Positions 17,254-24,714 of a DNA stretch of 33,608 nucleotides are shown in pieces. Origin of the DNA: a virus (taxonomy: Duplodnaviria > Caudoviricetes); IMG/VR virus record IMGVR_UViG_3300032232_001065, positions 1-33,608 of that record. One strand, given 5' to 3'. Each line of letters begins with the position of its first letter. Position 1 is the first letter of the stretch. The position numbers and the translations under genes are program-made. The notes beneath the pieces are model-generated. The model ran no database searches, was not told the origin of the DNA, and was given only the letters and a program-made list of their open reading frames with translations.

Positions 17254-17311
17254 AGACGCCGGAAAGGGTTCTGCAAGGGTTTGCGATGACTGAATTACGG
17301 AGTTATCGAAG

Positions 17312-17551
17312 TCAGTCGCACTGAGCTTCAAGTTCCTTGACGTGCGAAGCAAGCCGTTTGGCCGCTTCAGCTTTGTCCTGACTGATGATGTCAAGCAAAG
17401 CCAGTTGAATGACGTGTTCGCGACGAGCTGACCGACCACGTACCTTGAACGTTTCCGATTCCTTAAGCCAATCAACGAGATCGTTTAGAGATCGGTTCAG
17501 TTCCGGTGTCACGCGGGCCGAGACTCTCCACTTATTCGTTAGCTTAGTCAT
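17312..17551 (-). CDS. RHH-like protein 3 of the leftward operon
   Basis: WRVSARVTPELNRSLNDLV...REHVIQLALLDII; coupled to the upstream gene. Confidence 0.6.
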   Translation of the reverse strand: MTKLTNKWRVSARVTPELNRSLNDLVDWLKESETFKVRGRSARREHVIQLALLDIISQDKAEAAKRLASHVKELEAQCD

Positions 17552-17808
17552 GACGCAGGCTTTACGAAAGTTCTAAGAGCAGCAGAGTTATTTTCAATCT
17601 CTTCTGCCCAAGTTTCTTTACCTTTGGCCCAGAAACCTGCGATAAGCCCCTGAAGGAATTCGCGTTCGGTGAACGTCATTCCTGATGGCTTTAGCTCAGA
17701 CATCTCTGCCCAGCCAACAACCTGTTTCAATGCACCATGAATTTGCTCTGGTGCAGCAAATCCGATCTTGCGTTGTTCTGAGGTTATCTTGGCATTAGCA
17801 ACTCTCAT
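17548..17808 (-). CDS. RHH-like protein 2 of the leftward operon
   Basis: RKIGFAAPEQIHGALKQVV...EREFLQGLIAGFW; SD AAGGT. Confidence 0.55.
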   Translation of the reverse strand: MRVANAKITSEQRKIGFAAPEQIHGALKQVVGWAEMSELKPSGMTFTEREFLQGLIAGFWAKGKETWAEEIENNSAALRTFVKPAS

Positions 17809-17833
17809 ATAGTTACCTTCTTTCGATTGCGGC

Positions 17834-18106
17834 TTAGTTGACGGATGCAGTGTTTAAGACAACCGTTGCAGGTGTTTCGCCTGACAGTTCTCCAAACCAG
17901 CGATCATATGCGGCGTCGCGCAGCTCTGGTGCGAGCGTCATAAATTGCTTGATGGCGACCATCACTAAAGCTGCGTGTCGGGGCCTGCGGTTTCCAAACA
18001 TTTGCTTGGTCAGTCGCAATCTCGAAATCTCAATGTCAAGGTCTGCCAAGATTTGAGGGGCAACCTTTAAATCCAGCCGAGCTGTCAACGCTTCTGTTTT
18101 GCTCAT
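17834..18106 (-). CDS. RHH-like protein 1 of the leftward operon
   Basis: ARLDLKVAPQILADLDIEI...HAALVMVAIKQFM; very strong SD AAAGGAGGAG. Confidence 0.65.
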   Translation of the reverse strand: MSKTEALTARLDLKVAPQILADLDIEISRLRLTKQMFGNRRPRHAALVMVAIKQFMTLAPELRDAAYDRWFGELSGETPATVVLNTASVN

Positions 18107-18129
18107 GTCTCCTCCTTTCCATTCGTAAG

Positions 18130-18158
18130 ATTATACGAGAGTTACGACTAACCGTCAA
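18130..18158 (-). promoter_or_regulatory. Leftward sigma70-type promoter
   Basis: TTGACG-17 bp-TATAAT on the minus strand. Confidence 0.8.
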
Positions 18159-18188
18159 ATACGATTCAGCGTAATGCGTTTTTTCGGT

Positions 18189-18217
18189 TTGACTACCGAA
18201 ACGGATATACGTATATT
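18189..18217 (+). promoter_or_regulatory. Rightward sigma70-type promoter
   Basis: TTGACT-17 bp-TATATT; the -35 is flanked by the inverted repeat TTTCGGT/ACCGAAA. Confidence 0.75.
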
Positions 18218-18270
18218 ACGGTTGTTGATCTGTCACGGTTTTCGGGATGTTCTCTATTGAGGGACTGAAG

Positions 18271-18441
18271 TTGAGTAAGACAACGGATAGCAAGAATCGC
18301 ACTGAAGTACGCCTGCCAATGGATTTAAAGCGAGACATGCGGGTTTACTGTGCCAAAAACGACATGACCATGCGAGAGTGCATGATCTCTGCCTTACGGG
18401 AATTCATAAGGAGTCATAGCTGTGCTGAAAACGCAACATGA
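18271..18441 (+). CDS. ParG/Arc-like RHH protein (Cro position)
   Basis: RTEVRLPMDLKRDMRVYCAKNDMTMRECMISALREFI; TTG 18271 with GAGGGA upstream (alternative ATG 18247). Confidence 0.75.
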   Translation: MSKTTDSKNRTEVRLPMDLKRDMRVYCAKNDMTMRECMISALREFIRSHSCAENAT

Positions 18442-18445
18442 GTCC

Positions 18446-18595
18446 ATGCAGTTTGTCTTAAATAAACTCACTTGGGAACTGCCCCTTGGCATCGTCCGTG
18501 GCCAGCTCGATGAGCCTGGCCCACGGTTTGTTGATCCTTACGAAAAAGAAGAGCGAGAAGCGATTCAGGCTCTCTCAAAATTAGAGAAAGGCTGA
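18446..18595 (+). CDS. Small hypothetical protein (49 aa)
   Basis: MQFVLNKLTWELPLG...YEKEEREAIQALSKLEKG*; fills the gap before the primase; below the ORF track cutoff. Confidence 0.5.
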   Translation: MQFVLNKLTWELPLGIVRGQLDEPGPRFVDPYEKEEREAIQALSKLEKG

Positions 18596-18599
18596 ATCC

Positions 18600-20567
18600 A
18601 TGTCGTGGCCCGATTACTTTGACGCCTGCGCTCGCAACGACCTGTTTGCAGCGTTTGAGGCGCTCGTATCTATTGGCGTGCTTCCTCTCGTTATTGGCGA
18701 GGATAAGAAGGGCAAAATCAAGCGTCCAATGGCTGGTGCTGGTGAAGCCTGGCAGAACATCACGACTGACGAATGGAAGGACCGGCTGGTCAGGTACCTT
18801 CAAAACGGAGTCAATGTTGGGATTGGATGCAAGCCGGTAGGGCATGTGGTGATTGACGTTGATACTTTAGACAAAGATACAAGGCGACTGCCGACCGCAT
18901 GGAAAGAGGCGGCACAGCTTTTGTTTGGGTCCGACGACTGGCCACGTTCGATGGTGTCCAGAACCGAGGGGGGCGCTCACGTCTGGTTTGTCGTGACAGA
19001 CTCGATCATGAAGGCTTGGAATCGTGAAGGCAAACTGAAGATTTATCTTCCGTCAGGAGATTCAATCGAAATCTTTGTGGGATTGGCGGACAAAGGAAGT
19101 CAAGTTGCCTGCGCTCCAAGCGAAGGCAAACGGATATCTATCCCTATGGAGCCAATCCCGTTGCCTGAATCGGCAGAGCAAGCCATCTTGCGTGCACTCA
19201 CTCGACCAGAGAAGGCAAAGGATGAACCGTCGAAAGTCATCGGCAATGTCTCCAGTGATTACGAATGGGCGAAAACTGTACTTGCTAAAGGATATCTGGA
19301 TACTGAACTTGCCGACTATGACAAATGGTTGGCCGTAGGCATGGCGCTAAGTCACAAGTTTGGCGAAGAGGGTGCGGAGTTATGGGAGGAATGGTCCGCA
19401 CGTCATGACAAGCACGTTGATGGCGAATGTGGAGTCAAGGTGAGATCGTTCAAACGGACTGACGGCGATAAGCAAATCCGGTTTGGGAGTTTGATCCAGA
19501 TCGCCAAGGCCAACGGAGCAGCTCCGCCACAGATATCGGCTGAGCCATTGCCGACAGAGTTCTTTGAAGGTTTGCCGGATGCGGCCAATATTGACCATAT
19601 TTTAGCTTTGATGAAGGAACGGAAATGGCTTTGGGGCGATACTGAAAAGAACGTGGGATGGTTTGTGGATCGTGGCTTACATCTCGTTGAGGGTAAAGAA
19701 GGTACAGGTAAGACCCGATGGATTTTGGATCTGGTCAAACGTTGGTCACTTGATCAGCACTGGCCTGATGGCACAAAAACCGAGATGGATCCAGACTGCA
19801 AAGTTTTGTTCGTCGCTTCGGATAGTCACTGGGACCAGATCGCAACAACAGCAGTCGCTTTCGGGATACCCTCTACCAACGTCATATTCACTGGACCTGA
19901 GAACGACCCATACAACTTTACAAATATCGACGATCCGCAGACGTTGGCCATGATCCGTCACTGGTGTGGACGGTATAAGGTTGGGATGGTTGTTATAGAT
20001 ACGCTCATGGCCGCTTCCTCAAGACCACTGGTAGATCCTCAAGAGGTTGCCAAGATCGCAACTCCATTGAGAGAACTGGCGAGAGAGTTTTCTATCCCTA
20101 TCGTGCTCGTTGGCCACCTGAACAGCCAGGGCGAGACCTGGGGCCGGTCGATGGGCAGAACATGCGACAACGTGATTCGTCTTGAAGCTGACGAGATGGA
20201 CGAGCAGAACATCACGATCAAATCCGTGAAGGCTCGTTGGAATCGTTTTGAACTTCCGACAATCCAAGGCCGACAGGGCGAGTCTGGTTGGGAGTATTCA
20301 ACGACCGGATCAGACAGCAGCGACGAGAAACAAATTAAGGGGCGAGCTGGCGCAGAAATCGCCATTAGAGCACATATTAAGTCCTGTGGCAAAACAGCTT
20401 GGGGCGAAATACAGGACGAACTGCAAGAGCAAGGGCATGCCAAGAACACGATTGATAGAGCACTAAAGTTTATGGTTGCAAACTCTGTGCTTGCAAAGTG
20501 GGAAGAACACTTCCCATCTGGCAAAAAATGCACTTTTTACGACTTTGACCCAAGTCAGTCCCAATAG
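18600..20567 (+). CDS. Primase-polymerase (Prim-Pol) + PriCT-2-like + RecA-type (AAA_25-like) helicase fusion
   Basis: NVGI...VVIDVD...TEGGAHVWF; YDKWLAVGMAL...WEEWS; Walker A GKEGTGKT; Walker B VVIDT; VGHLN. Confidence 0.88.
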   Translation: MSWPDYFDACARNDLFAAFEALVSIGVLPLVIGEDKKGKIKRPMAGAGEAWQNITTDEWKDRLVRYLQNGVNVGIGCKPVGHVVIDVDTLDKDTRRLPTAWKEAAQLLFGSDDWPRSMVSRTEGGAHVWFVVTDSIMKAWNREGKLKIYLPSGDSIEIFVGLADKGSQVACAPSEGKRISIPMEPIPLPESAEQAILRALTRPEKAKDEPSKVIGNVSSDYEWAKTVLAKGYLDTELADYDKWLAVGMALSHKFGEEGAELWEEWSARHDKHVDGECGVKVRSFKRTDGDKQIRFGSLIQIAKANGAAPPQISAEPLPTEFFEGLPDAANIDHILALMKERKWLWGDTEKNVGWFVDRGLHLVEGKEGTGKTRWILDLVKRWSLDQHWPDGTKTEMDPDCKVLFVASDSHWDQIATTAVAFGIPSTNVIFTGPENDPYNFTNIDDPQTLAMIRHWCGRYKVGMVVIDTLMAASSRPLVDPQEVAKIATPLRELAREFSIPIVLVGHLNSQGETWGRSMGRTCDNVIRLEADEMDEQNITIKSVKARWNRFELPTIQGRQGESGWEYSTTGSDSSDEKQIKGRAGAEIAIRAHIKSCGKTAWGEIQDELQEQGHAKNTIDRALKFMVANSVLAKWEEHFPSGKKCTFYDFDPSQSQ

Positions 20568-20751
20568 TTAGTCCCAACTCCCAAGTTGGGGTATATATAC
20601 CCCCCAACACTGGGACTAAGTTGCGTGGGACTAAGTTGGGACTAAGTTGGGACTAAAGGAAATAAGGCACTTGGCAAATTGTGGGAGTGGTTTGGGAGTG
20701 GTCCCAAGATGGTTTGGGACTAAGTAGGTTGGGACTAACTTTGGGACTAAG
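20557..20751. repeat. Iteron-like repeat array, putative replication origin
   Basis: Seven TGGGACTAA copies (20611-20750); inverted GTCCCAA-containing copies near 20557, 20568 and 20701; central palindrome GGGGTATATATACCCC (20588-20603). Confidence 0.8.
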
Positions 20752-20781
20752 TTTTAGACCGATAAGTTACCAAACAAACAG

Positions 20782-20806
20782 ACGGAAATCACGATTTCCG
20801 TTTTTT
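20782..20806 (+). terminator. Hairpin plus T tract (terminator or operator)
   Basis: ACGGAAATC-AC-GATTTCCGT-TTTTT. Confidence 0.55.
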
Positions 20807-20820
20807 CGTAAAAAATAGAA

Positions 20821-20849
20821 TTGACGTATTTCCGTTTCATACGTATATT
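20821..20849 (+). promoter_or_regulatory. Sigma70-type promoter of the second early operon
   Basis: TTGACG-17 bp-TATATT; shares ATACGTATATTACG with the 18189 promoter. Confidence 0.78.
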
Positions 20850-20900
20850 ACGAGTGCGGTTTGAAAACGTCTCAACCAACTCTTTCCAGGAGTCACCGAA

Positions 20901-21098
20901 ATGATCGCAACACAAGCCCCTAAAGGTCGTCAACTTCTCAACTCTGATCAGCGTGCTGCTTTGATGTCGCACCTGACCCATAACAGGTTCAGCCTGAATG
21001 ACCGGGATTACATGGGAGTGGATACGGCTCGCCGGTTGAAGAATTTAACAAAAGACAACGCTAGTCTTGTTATCCGTCTTGTCCGTGGCTGGTTCTGA
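20901..21098 (+). CDS. Hypothetical protein
   Basis: SD AGGAG; first gene after the promoter. Confidence 0.65.
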   Translation: MIATQAPKGRQLLNSDQRAALMSHLTHNRFSLNDRDYMGVDTARRLKNLTKDNASLVIRLVRGWF

Positions 21099-21136
21099 AT
21101 TTACCCAAACAACTCTTTGCTGGAGTAGTCACCGAA

Positions 21137-21451
21137 ATGAACACCTTACTTGATCAGGATCTATCTGCCGACCATCAGACCCGTCTTCGTGACGGGCTGA
21201 GGGATTATGACAACCACCAGGTGGAGGAAGAGCGCATGGCCAACGAACTTTCCGAACGGTTTAGGCTTGATCGTCAGTCACGTGAAGAAAACCGAGCCAG
21301 ATGGTTGGACCTGAACTATCAGGATCTGCAAGCCATCAACAATCTACTCGACCGTCCTCAGACCACGATTGAGGAAGCCAGAGTTCTGTTGTCACAAGCC
21401 ATGATCTCATGCTCAAAGGTTCGTAGCCTGGCCATGGGGGACGACCGATGA
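21137..21451 (+). CDS. Hypothetical helical protein
   Basis: SD GGAG; leader duplicated with that of 20901. Confidence 0.65.
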   Translation: MNTLLDQDLSADHQTRLRDGLRDYDNHQVEEERMANELSERFRLDRQSREENRARWLDLNYQDLQAINNLLDRPQTTIEEARVLLSQAMISCSKVRSLAMGDDR

Positions 21452-21675
21452 CTAAGGCCGAATTCATGTTGCACCACAACTCCTACACCAGAGGCGAAAG
21501 CATCACTCGTCTCGCCTGCCGTGTGCAGTTGCTGGAACTTCAACTTCAATCGCTCATTTGGGCGGCTTACATACCGCTCAACATGACAAATTTTTTGCTG
21601 GATCACCCAACAGATCATCGTGTTTTAGGAAACGAATTGAAATCGGCAGAAGCCTTGCTGGGAGATAAGTCATGA
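21448..21675 (+). CDS. Hypothetical protein
   Basis: ATGA coupling at both ends. Confidence 0.6.
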   Translation: MTKAEFMLHHNSYTRGESITRLACRVQLLELQLQSLIWAAYIPLNMTNFLLDHPTDHRVLGNELKSAEALLGDKS

Positions 21676-21980
21676 GCACCGACACCGACTGCGTGAAATC
21701 CGAGCTGCGTGACATCGTTGCACGCACTTGGGAGCAACAAAAGCTGATCAACCGTGTTATGTCACAACGGTTGGAGCGATCGCAGGAAACCATCGACGAC
21801 TCTCGATGGATCCTGAAATTTATCACGCTTGCCGAAGCTGGCCAAAAGCTCGACTGGATCGAGTCTGAATTGAGCTGGCTTGAAGAGGACGGGCTACCTA
21901 CCGTCCGCAAGCACCTTGTCGAACACGCTATCCGCACTGCTAAAGCTGCGATAGCTCACAGAGCACCTTCATTGGTGTGA
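21672..21980 (+). CDS. Hypothetical protein
   Basis: ATGA coupling; SD GGAGA. Confidence 0.6.
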   Translation: MSTDTDCVKSELRDIVARTWEQQKLINRVMSQRLERSQETIDDSRWILKFITLAEAGQKLDWIESELSWLEEDGLPTVRKHLVEHAIRTAKAAIAHRAPSLV

Positions 21981-21991
21981 CTCTCCAGCAC

Positions 21992-22080
21992 CCTGGGCCG
22001 AACCTCCCTTCGGCCCAGGTGAGTTACTCAAAAGTCTTCAACAGTTTTCAACAGTCTTCAAAAGTATTGAAAAGGATCAG
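21992..22080 (+). repeat. 11-bp hairpin followed by degenerate 10-bp tandem repeats
   Basis: CCTGGGCCGAA-CCTCCC-TTCGGCCCAGG; then AAAGTCTTCA/ACAGTTTTCA/ACAGTCTTCA/AAAGTATTGA/AAAGGATCAG. Confidence 0.8.
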
Positions 22081-22084
22081 ATAG

Positions 22085-22813
22085 ATGAGCACAGCAACCA
22101 AGACCGAATCCGTTTACGGACAAAAGACATGGACGCCACAAGGCATCCTGAGCTACCCAAATCTCTTTGAGGCCAAGCCGAATGAGTACAAGCAAAACAG
22201 GCTGTTTTATCAGGCCAATATTTTGCTTTTAAAGTCTGAGATGCCAGATGAGCTGATTGCCGAGATGCAACGGATCTCTGAGATTGCTTTTGGCCAACAA
22301 TTCCGAAAGCTCACAACGCACACAAACTGTGCCATCAAAGATGGTGACAAGTTGGTTGACAAGGATGGCAACCTTAAGACCGGCCATGCTGAATCAGGCT
22401 GTTGGGTGATATCGGCCAGCACAGGCGAATCAAAGCCACCCATGGTGATTGACAGGCACGGCAGGCCGATCACAAACCGGAATGAAATTTACGGTGGCTG
22501 TATTGGCCAGATGCTGGTGACACCGGCCACCTATAAAGTGACAAAAAATATTGGCGTATCTCTTTACCTAGTCGCCTTTATGAAGTTGGCCGATGGCGAA
22601 TCGTTTGGCGGCTCCACAGGTTTCAATCCTCTCTCAGATCTTCCCAAGTCTGTGGAGATCGCACCACACCTGAGAGGCCGGATGCAAGTTCGGCCAGGTG
22701 GTGGAGTCACGGAAACCGATGCGGATCGGTCAATGAAGCAACATCTTGACCAGACTCGCGCAAGTGGTCACGCCTTCGATCCACACGATGAAGTTGATGG
22801 GGTGCCATTCTGA
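22085..22813 (+). CDS. Single-stranded DNA-binding protein (T7 gp2.5/DUF2815-like)
   Basis: LSYPNLFEAK, IKDGD, EIYGGC, GVSLYL, DGESFGG; acidic tail ending DEVDGVPF. Confidence 0.85.
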   Translation: MSTATKTESVYGQKTWTPQGILSYPNLFEAKPNEYKQNRLFYQANILLLKSEMPDELIAEMQRISEIAFGQQFRKLTTHTNCAIKDGDKLVDKDGNLKTGHAESGCWVISASTGESKPPMVIDRHGRPITNRNEIYGGCIGQMLVTPATYKVTKNIGVSLYLVAFMKLADGESFGGSTGFNPLSDLPKSVEIAPHLRGRMQVRPGGGVTETDADRSMKQHLDQTRASGHAFDPHDEVDGVPF

Positions 22814-23130
22814 TGACATCACCAGAGATTGGGGCCTTGCTTGCAAGGCTCTATTCCAAAGAACGCAAGTGTTCGGACGAAGTCGGGGCTGAGATTCTGG
22901 CGAAATCCTTTCCAGCCAAGACCTATTCCGAACACCTTTGCGACCTGAAAAGCGAGCGAGCCATTCGGGACGCCAAGAAGGCAGTCATTCGGCTCGACAA
23001 TCCTGACTGGGCAGAGTGGCAAGTAATTGATGAAGTCGATTGCAAGATGCCACCAGATTGGTGGGAAGGCGACGAATACTGGGAAAATCGTTTCGCCTGG
23101 GCGGGCACTCCTTCAAGTTCGAGATTTTAA
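22813..23130 (+). CDS. Hypothetical protein
   Basis: TGATG coupling to the SSB gene. Confidence 0.55.
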   Translation: MTSPEIGALLARLYSKERKCSDEVGAEILAKSFPAKTYSEHLCDLKSERAIRDAKKAVIRLDNPDWAEWQVIDEVDCKMPPDWWEGDEYWENRFAWAGTPSSSRF

Positions 23131-23138
23131 GGAACATC

Positions 23139-23384
23139 ATGACGAAGACAGATTTAGAGTTCATTCACGACGAGATGGACAGGTTCAAAAAGCAGACGAA
23201 TCCGATCCTGACCATTTCGCCAGGGGAATATCTGGACGACCAAGAATCGGCGATTGTCGAGCGGTTCGCCCTGGACGTGATCCGAGCCATCAGAGGTTTC
23301 AGAGGCTCATCCAGCCGAGTGGTTTTGCCCAAAGTCCCAGCAGTGGACGAGTGTTGTGACGAATCAGTCCCGTCAGGCCGCTGA
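23139..23384 (+). CDS. Hypothetical protein
   Basis: SD AAGGA before ATG 23139 (MTKTDLEF...). Confidence 0.55.
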   Translation: MTKTDLEFIHDEMDRFKKQTNPILTISPGEYLDDQESAIVERFALDVIRAIRGFRGSSSRVVLPKVPAVDECCDESVPSGR

Positions 23385-23526
23385 AAGAGTTTGTGAGAGA
23401 CTTGGACTCCGGTCAGCATGCGGTGAAAGCTGTGGTGATACTCATGATCTACACGATCGGGGCTTGTGCCTGAGCAGCTTTCAAACGGGATTCATGGACG
23501 GTGATGGTGGCCACGGATGGCAATTT

Positions 23527-23590
23527 GTCGCGGCTGGGCAATAGCCCTTTCCCATAGGGCTTTCGGTAGGTTCGATTCCTACACGCGACT
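23527..23590 (+). ncRNA. tRNA-like element lacking a D arm (loop centred on CCC)
   Basis: Acceptor GTCGCG/CGCGAC; stem-loop AGCCCT-TTCCCAT-AGGGCT; T arm GTAGG-TTCGATT-CCTAC; only ~9 nt where the D arm should be. Confidence 0.6.
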
Positions 23591-23764
23591 TGTCAGGGGC
23601 TAAATCCAGCCTGCTGACAGACTCCTAGTTGGTTGATTCGAGTTTGTTCGTGGGCAATCAGCCTGCCGAACTCACAAGGATGCCAGGGGGAGTTGACCAA
23701 TCACACTCGCGCCGGGGGCGACCAACCCCCGGCATTCAAACAACGCATCACGGAGGTTACAGCA

Positions 23765-23938
23765 ATGCTAGTGCTATCACGGAAGAAAAATGAATCCATT
23801 ATCATTGACGGCCACATCGTCACAGTCGTCGAAATTCGCGGCGACAAAATCAAGCTGGGCATCGAAGCGCCCCGCGAAATTAATGTGGATCGGCTGGAAG
23901 TTTGGGAAGCGAAACAAAAAGCAGGGATAAAAGCATGA
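23765..23938 (+). CDS. csrA: Carbon storage regulator CsrA/RsmA homologue
   Basis: MLVLSRKKNESIII...VTVVEIRGDKIKLGIEAPREINVDRLEV; SD GGAGG. Confidence 0.92.
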   Translation: MLVLSRKKNESIIIDGHIVTVVEIRGDKIKLGIEAPREINVDRLEVWEAKQKAGIKA

Positions 23939-24714
23939 AAGTTTCAACCAAGGTCGGAAGTTCTCACAGGACGCCGGGAAAACACGACGCCTTAAGCTGG
24001 TTGTTTGGCAAGACGGTTGGCGTACACTCTGTGTATTTTCCCAAGCGAACGTTTGTGGCCATTGACTGCACTGCTGGTGACGGCGTGCCATCAGGGCACA
24101 GCCTCTTGACGAGTCCGTCTATATTAGACAAAGGGGTTCAATTTCTTGAATCAAAAGGGATTCACGCAAAGCTCGCACTTTACGAGAAATCCGCAGTGTC
24201 GTCGCAGTCTCTTAAATTCCATTTCCCCAACCGGGATATCGTGCATGGTGACGCAAAAGAGATGCCTGTCTTTTGGGACCAGACTTCAATTCTTTTTGTA
24301 GTCAACGACCCAAATACAATCAACGACTGGGTTCTTCCGCAGTCTTTGAATCTAGCCCCCGACCTGACAACCGTGTTTTCTACGCTTGGTTGCAATGTTG
24401 GTGGATTGAAAATGCTTTCCAAAGAGAAAAGGGCTGTGTGGTACGAACACGTACAATCGCAGTTGCTTTTGCTTAAACCGTGGCACGCAGCCTACATTAT
24501 CCGCATCGAAAACGATTCCTCGCAGTGGGCGTACCTTGTAAACTCTCCTGTAAAATGGATGAGAAACACAGAAGACGCATTTCGCAAATCGTTTGAGAAG
24601 TACGGAATGAAGGTGGATGGCGGTTGGATCGGCGAACGTGTGGCAGACAGCAGCAAGTTCCGAAATATTGTTGACCAGTTATTCCTGACCAAAAAAGAGT
24701 TTCAGAATGTATGA
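23935..24714 (+). CDS. TcmP-like (three-Cys-motif partner) SAM-dependent methyltransferase-fold protein
   Basis: TPGKH..L, IDCTAGDG, TSP, LYEK, HGDA and VNDP motif order; adjacent to a DUF5131 gene. Confidence 0.6.
   Translation: MKVSTKVGSSHRTPGKHDALSWLFGKTVGVHSVYFPKRTFVAIDCTAGDGVPSGHSLLTSPSILDKGVQFLESKGIHAKLALYEKSAVSSQSLKFHFPNRDIVHGDAKEMPVFWDQTSILFVVNDPNTINDWVLPQSLNLAPDLTTVFSTLGCNVGGLKMLSKEKRAVWYEHVQSQLLLLKPWHAAYIIRIENDSSQWAYLVNSPVKWMRNTEDAFRKSFEKYGMKVDGGWIGERVADSSKFRNIVDQLFLTKKEFQNV

Noticed and set aside
17213-17290. Complete tRNA-Arg gene
   Set aside because: The 5' half is missing and the anticodon stem cannot pair, so it is interpreted as the attP core.
20611-20751. CRISPR array
   Set aside because: Repeats are only 9-11 bp with irregular or no spacers and mixed orientation; no cas genes.
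23356-23544. 62-aa ORF over the structured region
   Set aside because: Weak start, no motifs, and it overlaps RNA stems and the tRNA mimic; left uncalled rather than disproved.
23633-23764. N-terminal extension of CsrA in the ORF track
   Set aside because: The family starts at MLVLSR, and a GGAGG SD precedes ATG 23765.
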